A DNA stretch of 64,000 bases from Eledone cirrhosa (Eukaryota), in the NCBI GenBank assembly GCA_964016885.1, contig OZ024756.1, forward strand, positions 42,036,001-42,100,000. Reading direction: 5' to 3'. This document shows, piece by piece, positions 14,895-28,999 of this stretch (position 1 is its first letter; every line of letters begins with the position of its first letter). The translations under genes were made by a program, and so were the position numbers. The notes beneath the pieces are model-generated. The model saw only the letters and a list, made by a program, of their open reading frames with translations, ran no database searches and was not told the origin of the DNA.

Positions 14895-15205
14895 CTGGCC
14901 AACAGATAGTCAGTTGTACACTGGGTCCTCTAATTATAAGGTTGACCTGGCCAACAGATAGCCAGTTGTACACTGGGTCCTCTAATTATAAGGTTGACCT
15001 GGCCAACAGATAGTCAGTTGTACACTGGGTCCTCTAATTATAAGGTTGACCTGGCCAACAGATAGCCAGTTGTACACTGGGTCCTCTAATTATAAGGTTG
15101 ACCTGGCCAACAGATAGTCAGTTGTACACTGGGTCCTCTAATTATAAGGTTGACCTGGCCAACAGATAGCCAGCTGTAGACTGGGTCCTCTCATTATAAG
15201 GTTAA
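14895..15205. repeat. Minisatellite, 52-bp unit x6, alternating variants
   Basis: CTGGCCAACAGATAG(T/C)CAGTTGTACACTGGGTCCTCTAATTATAAGGTTGAC. The T and C variants alternate. Confidence 0.95.
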
Positions 15206-16363
15206 CAACAGATAAAAGCCCAATAGATAGAGCAAGGGACAAGAAAATAAATACAATTAACATTACTGGCTTTATTTCCACTTTGCCAATGCTGGAATAT
15301 TTTTTCTTTTTAATCCCTCAGTCACAGGAAAAAGGACAGCATCTATAACCCCAAATCCTTCACTCATAGAAGAAAGGATAGCACTTGTGGCCCCTAAATC
15401 CCTCAGTCACTGGAGTAAGGACAGCATCTGTGGTGCCAAAATGCTTCAGTCACAGAAGAAAGAAAGGACAGCATCTACAATCCTTTTTTTCAGGGATTTT
15501 CTGGAGAAGGATGGGGTTGAAATAATCTCAAACCCTACAAATGTCTAAAGCTAATTACCTGACCACACGACCATAATTCCAATGTGTGGAGGAGGATAGT
15601 GGTCTTGTGGCTATCCACTACTTCAGTCAATCACTGATTCTGATGCAGAAAATATTGAGTTATTTCAATAGACAAGCTTGAGAATAAATCTAGTCCCTTC
15701 AAATATCAACGTAAAACTTGAGCTAGCTGTGACCCAGGGTTGAACTAACAAAGAACAGAGTCAACAATAACCACATGGAACGTGATAACAATGAGAGAGC
15801 AAGATTTCGCAATAGGTTATTTAAATTTGTCTGAATGTATAGAATATATATAATATGAAGCTGAAAGAGAATATAAACTAAGTTGACATTATCTAATGAG
15901 ATCAAACTAACAAAGATGATAAAAGAATTATAATAGAGCCAGAAATCATTTGTAATATAATAAAGATCTAATTAGGATAAACTGCTGACAGACAGGCCTA
16001 ATTAAATAAGATCAGGCTGGAAAGAAATTTAGAAAAAAAACATAACTAAACATTTTTTTTCTCTTATTTTTTTTACAATCATATCAACCTCAGTATTGTT
16101 TTATAGGTTTTTGTCATTAGACCGTGGCCATGCTGTGGCACTGCCTTGTTTTAGTTATTTATATCAACCCCAGTACTATTTTACTGGTTTCAGTCATTAG
16201 ACTGTGGCCATGCTGGGGCACTGCTTTGTTTTAGTTAATTATATCAACCCCAGTACTATTTCACTGGTTTCAGTCATTAGACTGTGGCCATGCTGGGGCA
16301 CTACCTTTACAAATACATCTTCACGTATAAAGTAAACACATTGTATGTATGTATATATATATA

Positions 16364-16720
16364 TATAAAGAAAAAAAGATGAAATCGAAAATACAACTGG
16401 AGCCTTATTTTAAAAAAAATATATATATTTATTTGGTTCCTTTACCGGTTTCGCAGTTCTTCTGCTTTTCAAAAGTAGAGTTGAGATGGAGGGTCTGTTG
16501 TTTTTCTCACAGATGAGAAAAACCACAGACCCTCCATCTCAACTCTACTTTTGAAAAGCAGAAGAACTGCGAAACCGGTAAAGGAACCAAATAAATATAT
16601 ATATTTTTTTTAAAATAAGGCTCCAGTTGTATTTTCGATTTCATCTTTTTTTCTTTATACTTTCACTCGTGTAGGACACCTCGGTTATTTTTCATTTTGT
16701 AAAAAAACCCTCACTTTCTA
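16364..16720 (+). mobile_element. Fold-back element, family B: 146-bp arms, 4-nt loop, one hammerhead per arm
   Basis: Arms 16364-16509 / 16514-16659 with ~1 mismatch and an unpaired 3' extension to ~16720. Flanked by (TA)n and homologous to 25219-25542. Confidence 0.85.
16548..16583 (+). ncRNA. Minimal type I hammerhead ribozyme, U3-A8 core variant (mirror copy at 16440-16475 on -)
   Basis: CTT-TTGAAAA-GCAG(AAGAA)CTGC-GAAA-CCGG-T-A-AAG, with a perfect stem II, palindromic stem III ACCGGT and a GUA site. Confidence 0.7.
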
Positions 16721-16974
16721 ATATATATATATATATATATATACACATCACACACATGTATGTATATGGCGGGCTTCTACAGTTTTCATCTACTAAATAC
16801 TTCTCCCAACTCATTGGTTAAACCGAAAGCTGTAGTAGTAGACAATTGCCCAAAGTTCCGTGCCACACAGTAGGACTGGACCCAGGGGCATGTGGTTGCT
16901 AAGTGAACTCCTTAACAACATAGCTATGCTATCTTGTGTTTTGTTTGTGTGTTTTTTTTTCATCCACTCCACAG

Positions 16975-17400
16975 AAGATTATTTAAACCAGCCATATCCG
17001 GCTAGAATTCTATCACCTCTTTCTGTTCAAACCGGCTATAACTGGCTGATCATACGTATGTTAAGGTATTGTTCTCAAAATAAATAATATCAAAATTTCA
17101 TAGATTTGATATTATGTGAGATATTATGTAAGATAAAACCTTTACTGTGAAAATACAATAGTATATATAGAGTAATGTAAATGTTATGTGAGATAAAGCC
17201 TTTACTGTGAAAATACAATAGTGAATATAGAGTAATGTAAATGTTTTGTGAGATATTATGTGAGATAAAGCCTTTACTGTGAAAATACAATAGTGAATAT
17301 AGAGTAATGTAACTGTTTTGTGAGATATTATGTGAGATAAAGCCTTTACTGTGAAAATACAATAGTGAATATAGAGTAATGTAAATGCTAAAAGATTAAA
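16975..17400. mobile_element. piggyBac-like MITE copy with an internal tandem expansion (17112-17386)
   Basis: Homologous to 28744-28916. Ends AAATGCTAAAAGATTAA. Internal ~62-75-bp units occur x4. Confidence 0.65.
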
Positions 17401-17687
17401 TGACATTCCAAAAATATTTCAAATGTTTTAAAAAGAGAAGTTTATGAGTCCTGGGAAATGTTGAAAGTACTTAATTAAAACTTAGGTGGTATATAAAGTA
17501 AGTAAAATAATGACATTCAACAAATTCTTTATTATCTTTAGCAATAAAGAATTTGTGATGAAACAAATAGAAACAAATGGCGTTTTATTTCTTGTATGAA
17601 GTATGACTCAACCGGTATATTGGTATTTTTGGTATATATAGCGTAACATTTGATAAAGGATAAAAAAAAAATAAAAAAAATGAAAAC

Positions 17688-17900
17688 TACCATATATACT
17701 GGAATATAAGCTGAGGCATATGTAAACAAAAAATTGATGGTAGGGAATGGGGGTTGGTTTATATTGGTGGGTCAATATTTTGATGATTTTCACCGACTTT
17801 AAATTCTACATAAATAAAGTTTGGATTTTTGCCCATTTCTCAGACATAAAATAGTGAGGAGTGGTGGTGGGGTGTGACTTATATTTGAGTATATATGGTA
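17688..17900. mobile_element. pogo/Tc1-type MITE
   Basis: Terminal inverted repeats TACCATATATACTGGAATATAAG / CTTATATTTGAGTATATATGGTA, with TA ends. Confidence 0.65.
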
Positions 17901-18131
17901 ATTAACAAATAATTTCAGTTTTCTAAGTAAAATAAAACTGTTTTAGAAGAGCCAGTACAATGTTGGAAATACAGAGGGTAGGGCTGAAAACAGAACTAAA
18001 CAACATCAAAAACATTTTAACATTAGATTTTGTTAATACTGGGGAGGGGGGGGGGGCAGTTATCTGTGCAAAAGAGATATCACACTCCATTTACTTCTTT
18101 TGAAAAAGGTGGATTAACCCCGAAATATTGA

Positions 18132-18345
18132 TTTCTAAGTTAGGCACAAGGCCAGCATATTTAGGGGAAGTGTAGAGTTGATTAAATCAAGCTCGTTACT
18201 TAACTGGTACTTTATTTTATTAACCCCAAAAGAATGAAAGGCAAAGTTGACTGCGGCAGGGTTTGAATTCAAAATGTAAAAAATCCAGAAATACCGCTAT
18301 GGTATTTTATCCAACGCTCTACCAATTTTGCCAATCTATCGGCCA
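18132..18345 (-). mobile_element. Cephalopod-type tRNA-derived SINE
   Basis: GGCACAAGGCCAGCA..GGTACTTTATTTTA..GAATGAAAGGCAAAGTTGA..TTTGAATTC. Same family as 42427-42650. Confidence 0.8.
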
Positions 18346-18769
18346 TTTTAGCCCCAAAATATTAACAAAATTTAACGTAAAAATGTAAACTGCTGTTTTT
18401 ATTTCCTCTATTTAACTTAAATTCTGTTTTCACTCCTTAATTTCTAAATTGGTACTGGATTTCATTTTAAATTTTCTCTATATTGGTAATATTATAAAGA
18501 GTCAGACTCTACAGCTGAGCTCTTGCTCTTTCTACAGCTAGTGCCAGACATAGGTTGGTAACACATTTAAAAGCATTAAAATAGGCATTAGCTAAATAGC
18601 AACAAAAAAAGGAATAAATAAAATACTAAACAAAGAGTCGATTGTACCGAGGAAGCGTTGAGCAAATTTTGAATTTTTGAAAATATGTTAATCTAGTTTA
18701 ATCTAGTTTAATACTATGACAATTACTTGAACAGACATCTGAGCTCCCTAGAGAGAGAAGAAAAAAAAT

Positions 18770-18960
18770 TGTTTCTACTTTTGGCACAAGGCCAGTAATT
18801 ACCCCAGTGCATTACTGATACTTTATTTTATCGACCCCCATAAGGATGAAAGGCAAAGTTAACCTCCCCTGGATTTGAACTCAAAATGTAAAGGGCCATA
18901 ACTCTATGCTGCAAAGCATGGCGTCTGATGCTCTACCGATTACTGCCAATCCACCACCAG
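18770..18960 (-). mobile_element. Cephalopod-type tRNA-derived SINE
   Basis: Reverse complement of the 42224/42427 SINE. Confidence 0.85.
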
Positions 18961-19759
18961 CCAGACAGGAGAAATCAAACTCACACCTGCCATATGCTGG
19001 ACAGGTGTGAGTTCAATTCCCACAGGTAATACTGTCCATTTTTTTCCATATTTAAGGGGTTTAGATATCCAGCTTGTTCCACTATTTTCTTATTCAAAAA
19101 ATTTCCATTGAAACAACTTATATCAAGTTAACATATTTTCAAAAATAACAAATTATTTCACACATATTTTAGCAACAATTCCCATAACCCTCAGATAACA
19201 CAGATGAATCAATTACAATACAAAATTCAATTACTGAAATCCATACAATTTCATAATTCCCAACCCAGCCCAGCCAAAACCAGTTGTGCTTCTATGAAAT
19301 AAAACCACCCAGTTTAAGCTGATACTAGTCCAGCCAAAACCAGCTGTGGTTCTGTGAAACAAAACCACCCATTTTAAACTTTTGATATCAACTCAGCCAA
19401 AAAGCAGCTCTGGTTCTATAAAATTAATTAATTAATTATGATTTTGAGATGTTATCATGATATGGATCACAATACACCAGTATCACCCCCACCCCCCAAC
19501 ACTGCTATATATAATTCCTTTAAACCCTTACAAGTTGATAACATAGTTAAACTGTCAAGTAATTGATTCATCCTGTTAACTGTATTTTTGCAGGTTAAAA
19601 AATGTGAACAACAGGAATATATAAAACAACATGAATCATAGTTTAAAATAGTATATTTCTTAATATCAAGTAACACTGCTTTTATACACATGTACATATA
19701 TATATATATATATATATAAAAATTACACAATTGTCAAAGTTATGTTCAAGTCATTTTAT

Positions 19760-19806
19760 TGCTGACAATCGTTTCTTCCAAACTTTCGTTTCGAATCATC
19801 AGAGCA
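19760..19806 (-). ncRNA. Minimal type I hammerhead ribozyme
   Basis: Minus strand TGCT-CTGATGA-TTCGAAAC(GAAA)GTTTGGAA-GAAA-CGATTG-T-C-AGCA, with a canonical core, GUC site and near-palindromic stem III. Confidence 0.85.
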
Positions 19807-20390
19807 TTAGCAATGTTTGTACATATAATTGAGCTATTTCTCTTTCTGGTAATAAGGTAGTAATAAATTACTGACCTTTCCTGTTTATAGTTGTATATAG
19901 TATATACATAACTATAAATAGTACCATTATTATGAAATACCCATGATCGTTTGGTAAATCACTGATGAGGGACTCATTTTATAACATGTTATCCATGTGC
20001 AACCAGCAGTATTCTTCTCACCCATATTTTTCATATATATATATATATATATATACATATGTATGTATGTATAATATGTATATATATATATATACATATG
20101 TATGTATGTATATATGTATATATATATACATATACACATATGTATGTATATATGTATATATATATACATATGTATGTATGTATATATGTATATATATATA
20201 TGTATGTATGCGTATATATATATATACATATATATGTATGTATGCGTATATATATATATACATATATATGTATGTATGTATGTGTATATATATATATACA
20301 TATATATGTATGTATGTATGTGTATATATATATATACATATATATGTATGTATGTGTATATATATATATACATATATATGTATGTATGTA

Positions 20391-20425
<35 letters not shown>

Positions 20426-20438
20426 GTATGTGTATATA

Positions 20439-20471
<33 letters not shown>

Positions 20472-20503
20472 GTATGTGTATATATTTATATATACATATA
20501 TAT

Positions 20504-20534
<31 letters not shown>

Positions 20535-20556
20535 CATACATATATACATATATATG

Positions 20557-20594
<38 letters not shown>

Positions 20595-20645
20595 CATATA
20601 TATATATACACATACATACATATATATATATATATATACACATAC

Positions 20646-20676
<31 letters not shown>

Positions 20677-20683
20677 TATATAC

Positions 20684-20730
<47 letters not shown>

Positions 20731-20988
20731 CATACATATATATATATATATACATACACATACATATATATGTATGTATATATGTATGTATGTATATAAA
20801 TACTTAGGTTAATAGGAGTTAGGTATTGTATACCCGTGTCCCATTAAGGTATTGGCAGCATAATAATTAGCTCTATGCTTTGGAGCAGAGCCGTATATAT
20901 GTATATATATATATACATATGTATGTATATATGTATATATATATATACATATGTATGTATGTATATATGTATATATATATATACATAT

Positions 20989-21186
20989 GATAAAGAACAC
21001 AAGAGCGTCTACAACATCAAAAGATTTTTATTGGCTTACAATGTTTCTTCCTTACGTAACTTTTGAGTCCATAACACCAATCAAACCCCTTTTATAGCTC
21101 TGATGAATCCTACGGTTACGTAAGGAAGAAACATTGTAAGCCAATAAAAATCTTTTGATGTTGTAGACGCTCTTGTGTTCTTTATC
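20989..21186 (+). mobile_element. Fold-back element, family C: 72-bp perfect arms, 54-bp spacer
   Basis: Arms 20989-21060 / 21115-21186 inside microsatellite. Confidence 0.85.
21097..21141 (+). ncRNA. Minimal type I hammerhead ribozyme
   Basis: GCT-CTGATGA-ATCCTACG(GTTA)CGTAAGGAA-GAAA-CATTG-T-A-AGC. Confidence 0.8.
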
Positions 21187-21501
21187 ATATGTATATATAT
21201 ACATATATACATATGTATATATATATACATATATATATATATACATACATATGTATATATACATATATATATACATACATATGTATATATATATACATAT
21301 ATACATATGTATATATATATACATATATATATATATACATACATATGTATATATACATTATATATACATACATATGTATATATATATACATATATACATA
21401 TGTATATATATATACATATATATATATATATACATACATATGTATATATATATATACATATATATACATACATATGTATATATATATATATATATACATA
21501 T

Positions 21502-21540
<39 letters not shown>

Positions 21541-21931
21541 TACATACATATATATATATATATACATATATACATACATATATATATATACATATATACA
21601 TACATATATATATATATATATATACATACATATATATGTATATATATATACATACATATATATGTATATATATATACATATATACATACATATATATGTA
21701 TATATATATATACATATATACATACATACATATATACATACATACATATATATGTATATATATAGATATACATATATACATACACACATACATATATATG
21801 TATATATATAGATATACATATATACATACATACATATATATGTATATATATAGATATACATATATACATACATACATATATATGTAAGTATGTATGTATA
21901 CATACATATATGTATACAGACGTACAGTAGC

Positions 21932-21968
<37 letters not shown>

Positions 21969-22124
21969 TACATACAGGTACACATACATATATGTACGTA
22001 TCAGTTTAGCGGACGCTTATTATAACGCCCGCTTTGTTCGTTTGTAAACAAACTGAACAGCCTGATTTATGCCGTACGGTGTTAAGGCAACCACGTCACC
22101 TTTTTGTTCAACACTGACACAGGA

Positions 22125-22167
22125 ACGATGTACTAGTTTCAAGCTTGTTAGTTATCGTCAGCACCGT
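22125..22167 (-). ncRNA. Minimal type I hammerhead ribozyme, stem II decayed
   Basis: Minus strand ACGGTG-CTGACGA-TAACTAACAAGCTT-GAAA-CTAG-T-A-CATCGT, with a 6-bp stem I and palindromic stem III ACTAGT. Confidence 0.75.
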
Positions 22168-23006
22168 ATACCCTTCTGCCAGATGGTTGAACGTTCAACA
22201 GTATATACTTTCCTTATGAAAATTAACGGCTGAGCAGCCTAATTTGCATATCGAGTGAGTTCAGTCGGCCAGGCACACCGAAAACGATAAATTGGAATAG
22301 AATGAAACGAAATTTCATTTCTCACTCTTAGTACGGCACTTACTTAAATGTAAGTATGTATGTATACGTACATACATATATGTATACAGACGTACAGTAG
22401 CATACATATCTATATATATATATATATACAGGTACACATACATATATGTATACAGCTTTATTGCTTTATTGTACTACAATAAAACTCACCTCCTACATAT
22501 ATATACATATATATACATATATATATATATACACACATATATATATATATATATACATATATACATACATATATATATATATACATACATATATGGTGGC
22601 TGCCAACTCGTTTTCGAGTACGGCCACTACTTTATATCCATGTAGATGAACCCCTACTGATGCGCTGAACGAGTGTGACTTTTTAGTCCAGCCAGCGACT
22701 TGAAAGCTCTGGTACAAACACTACACTTGTGACAATTATTGACACATAGTGCTGGGCCCATGGTACCATGTGACGACAAGTGCAGAGAGATCTCCAGATA
22801 TAAAGCAATGCCTGTGCCGTGAAGCTTTTATAGTGAGCAAAGGCACTGCACAAAGCCAGTCCCACTCTCTTAACCAAGATGATATTTACCAAAAAGAAGA
22901 ACAAGTCAACATCATTGGATACCATCAGGGTTGCAGGTGTTATATCAGAGTTTTCCTTCTCCTAGAATTCTGCCTTGACAAAGGCTAAGGGGTCATCTCT
23001 CCCGGA

Positions 23007-25218
<2,212 letters not shown>

Positions 25219-25219
<1 letters not shown>

Positions 25220-25535
25220 TAGAAAGTGAGGATTTTTTACAAAATGAAAAATAATCGAGGTGTCCTACACGAGTGAAAGTATAAAGAAAAAGAGATGAAA
25301 TCGAAAATGCAACTGGAGTCTTATTTTTAAAAAAAATATATATATTTATTTGGTTCCTTTACCGGTTTCGCAGTTCTTCTGCTTTTCAAAAGACGTGAGA
25401 AAAACCACAGACCCTCCATCTCAACTCACCTTTTGAAAAGCAGAAGAACTGCGAAACCGGTAAAGGAACCAAATAAATATATATATTTTTAAAAAAAATA
25501 AGACTCCAGTTGCATTTTCGATTTCATCTCTTTTT

Positions 25536-25542
<7 letters not shown>
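25219..25542 (-). mobile_element. Fold-back element, family B, second copy
   Basis: Arms ~25280-25392 / 25430-25542 with the long tail on the left. Near-identical to the 16364 element but with a different turn-around point. Confidence 0.85.
25429..25466 (+). ncRNA. Minimal type I hammerhead ribozyme, U3-A8 variant (mirror copy at 25357-25392 on -)
   Basis: CCTT-TTGAAAA-GCAG(AAGAA)CTGC-GAAA-CCGG-T-A-AAGG, with a 4-bp stem I. Confidence 0.72.
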
Positions 25543-25586
<44 letters not shown>

Positions 25587-25904
25587 TATATAAGACAAAA
25601 TAAGGAATATATTTTAAAACTAAAGAATAATTAATATATATGTAATCAAAATAAAATTAAAATTAATATATGAAATAATTGTTTCTACTTTTGGCACAAG
25701 GCCAGCAATTATTCCAGTGTATTAATGGTACTTTATTTTATCGACCCCGTTAGGATGAAAGGCAAAGTTAATAATATTCGGAAGTGACCTGTCAGAAGTT
25801 GTGTAGAATATGTTGAAGATAGAAACAATATGCTAAGGGAGAAATTCTCTCTACTTTGTTAGTTTTAAAGAATAACTTTCAGTTTACTATTTGTTATTGT
25901 ATTC

Positions 25905-26190
25905 AGTTATTAATCTAAATTTAATTGTAAATTAATGGCATCATAAACTCAAGGTAAAGTTTGACCATAAATGTTTTTTTAAAACATTTAATTGTTCATT
26001 AATGGCATAATAAATGTGGTAAAGTTTGGTCACTAATGTTTTTAAAACATTTAATTGTAAATTAATGGCATGATAAACTTGTGGTAAGGTTTGGTTATAA
26101 GTGTTTTTAAAACATTTAATTGTACATTAATGACATAATAAACTTGTGGTAAAATTTGGTTATAGATGGTTTTTTAAAAATTAATTGTAA
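25905..26190. repeat. Degenerate ~62-bp minisatellite x~4.5
   Basis: AAAACATTTAATTGTAAATTAATGGCAT.ATAAACTTGTGGTAA recurs. Confidence 0.75.
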
Positions 26191-26669
26191 ATTGCATTAA
26201 ACACTTTTCAATGACAAAACTGTGTCTAATTTATTGAGGGTGTTTCATAATAAATCATATGATATTTTAAATTTTATCAAGAAAGAATTGAAGAAAATGG
26301 AAACGTCTGAGAATGAAGACACTATAGAAGAAAAACATGAAGTAAACAGTAGAGAAACAAAGACAGGTAAACCAGAGGAATAAATATAGACATTTGCAAA
26401 ATAATAATAATAATAATGAAAATTGATTTAAAAAAGAAGTAATTTAGAGAAAAGATACTACAATAGCATACATACTAATTTCATGAAAATTCTTGTCTCA
26501 TGTCAGAAGAATTGTAAAAAAAGTCAGACAGAAAATATCAATGGAAATGGAAGAAATTCTTCAGTTGAACAGAAAGAAAATAGAGAAAAATAGATCTACT
26601 TAAAACATTAGACATCGGTCAGGCATTTTAATGCAAACTATTAATATATTAATAAGAATGATATCTTAC

Positions 26670-27827
26670 CTGGATATTCACTGAAGCGGCGCTGGAATCT
26701 GATCATGAATTCACTAGCTCTTCGGTCTGATTTACTAGGTTGTTCACTGCAGCGACGACCACGGAACTTACCAGCAAATTCTGATGAGCGGTGCCAATAC
26801 TCCTTCGTTCCATCTCTGTTCTGCTTCACGACAAGGTTCTTGTGGACATCTCCAAGGAGGGGTCTACTGGGATCCTTGCTGTCTGTTTGGAGACCATTTG
26901 GTAAACTAGCAACTACAAGTCTGGTGGAGTTACTTGGACGCTTTGATTGGCTACTACTGTTATTCAGGTCTGAGAAATTCTCTGGACTAATGCAATCTTC
27001 TGGTGTGATTGGAGTAACAGGACTACTAATAGAAGGGGTGACACTCACTTCATCAGATTCTCGTCTTTTCGGCAGTGATTTTCTTTTTGAATGTGACTTG
27101 GTGGAATTGGATGTTTCTGAGTCTTGTTTTTTTAGAGATCTTGTGGAATTGGCAGTGTTTTCATGATGAACCTGAGTGGAATCATTTATAGCCGAAATAT
27201 CTGAGCTAGGAGAAGGTGATTTGGGTGATATGGGATCATGAACAATAATTTTTGGCAGATCTGTCGGTGTACTTGATTTACTAAACGTATCACCTCGATC
27301 TGACAAGGAAAGTTTTTTGGGTCGTGTCTGTTCACTGTCTTGACGTTTTAAAAATATCGTACTTGGCAAAGAACCTAGCTCAGATTCATCTTCATTCAGT
27401 TGATTCTCACGCTGAAGTTTTGCTAATTGTACTTTCTGAAATAAACTATTTGTTGCATCGATAGCTTTAATATCATCGACTATACTTGGTTCAGAATCTA
27501 ATCGAGTTCGTTTTGTCTGTTCTTTGATTCTGTCAATCATATTTTTTTCCCGTGGGGGTAACTTTTTCTTTCCACCTTTTCTGCGCGGTGCCTCGAGAGG
27601 TCTCATTAACATCGCACACACAGCACCATTTAAGATAAGACCAGCAATAATATACAGTGCGTTTTTCCAGTCATATTCTTGAAGCAGATAACCTCCAAGT
27701 GGAGCAAATATGAAAGTTCCTACTCCAGAACCACACACAGCAATTCCAGTTGCAATTGCCCGTTTTCTGTCGAAATAGTAGCCAACACTCACAATGGAAG
27801 GTAAATAGATTAGACCTAATCCAAATC
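26670..27827 (-). CDS. SLC16/monocarboxylate transporter-like, coding exon 3 (TM4-TM6 plus large cytoplasmic loop)
   Basis: Acceptor TTTTCCAG|G and donor CAG|GTAAGA, 1158 nt, phase 1/1. Translates GFGLGLIYLPSIVSVGYYFDRKRAIATGIAVCGSGVGTFIFAPL...WKNALYIIAGLILNGAVCAMLMRP. Confidence 0.93.
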
Positions 27828-28067
27828 CTGGAAAATAAGTAAATATAACTATGTAGTAAAAGACCGATCATTTCCAAAAAACTGGTACAACAGTAGAAAA
27901 ATACTTTTTGTTTGTTTCGAACTGTTTCTGTTTCACATTTGAAAAGAGGGTAATAACCCTGAAATATCATGTTGAAATATACTGGGTAACAACATTACTT
28001 TGGTTTGTTTGTCATCTTTTGCCCTTCATATTTTTCTGCCACAATGTACTCAACTTTTTAAAAACAT

Positions 28068-28201
28068 ATCTCACAATGCTACTCCATATCTCACAATGCT
28101 ACTCCATATCTCACAATGCTACTCCATATCTCACAATGCTACTCCATATCTCACAATGCTACTCCATATCTCACAATGCTACTCCATATCTCACAATGCT
28201 T
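28068..28201. repeat. 20-bp minisatellite x~6.5
   Basis: CTCACAATGCTACTCCATAT tandem. Confidence 0.95.
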
Positions 28202-28423
28202 CATATTAACTACACTACTCTATAAATATATAAATATAAAGTTGTATAGTTTATATGAAGCATGAGATATGGCTATGATTGTTTTCGGAAAGTTGATTCA
28301 ATATAAATTAGAAATACAGGAGTGAAAACTACAGTAAAGTAAGAAAACAACAATTTACACTTTTACTTCAGTAATTTGACATGGTTTTTATAAAAAACAA
28401 AAAAGATGTTGGAAATGTTAAAT

Positions 28424-28916
28424 TTAACCCTTTAGCATTTACATTACTCTATATATTGACATTTGTGTATTATTCTATGTACTATACATACACCTTTGAC
28501 GAGTTGTAGTGCACCTGAGCACTTTACACAATAATTTCATTATTATTATCATTATTATATACTATTGTATTTTCATGGTAAAGACTTTACCTCACATAAT
28601 ATCGAATCTATGAGATTTTGATATTATACATTTTGAGAACAATACCTTAACATCAGTATGAGTGGTCAGTTACAGCTGGTTTGAACTAAAAGAGGAGAGT
28701 GTATTCTGGCCAGATATGACCGGTTTAAATGCTAAAGGGTTAACTCTTTAGCATTTAAACCGGCCATATCTGGCCGGAATTCTCTCACCTTTTCTGTTCA
28801 AACCAGCTGTAACCAACAGCTCATACTTACATTAAGGTATTGTTCTCAAAATATATAATATCAAAATCTTATAGATTCGATATTATGTGAGATAATTATG
28901 CTAATGAAAGGGTTAA
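28424..28916. mobile_element. Two inverted piggyBac-like MITEs sharing a central TTAA
   Basis: TTAA-CCCTTTAGCATTTA...TAAATGCTAAAGGG-TTAA (28424-28743), followed directly by CTCTTTAGCATTTAAACC...AAAGGG-TTAA (to 28916) in the opposite orientation. Confidence 0.75.
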
Positions 28917-28999
28917 CAAATCCACTTTTCCAGATAAGAATGAATTACTGGTATTGATAAATAGATAATAAATAAAGAAAGAAAAGGCTTTATACTAAC

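Larger units (their letters stand above)
20032..21996. repeat. Compound (TA)n/(TATG)n/(CATA)n arrays with embedded unique islands
   Basis: Direct inspection. Confidence 0.95.

Noticed and set aside
22650-22716. CTGATGC-GCTG..CAGC..GAAAGCTC motif in a unique island
   Set aside because: Core A9 is mutated and the spacing and stem I are unconvincing. At most a decayed relic.
26705-27166. 153-aa plus-strand ORF
   Set aside because: Antisense shadow of the Ser-rich exon 3.
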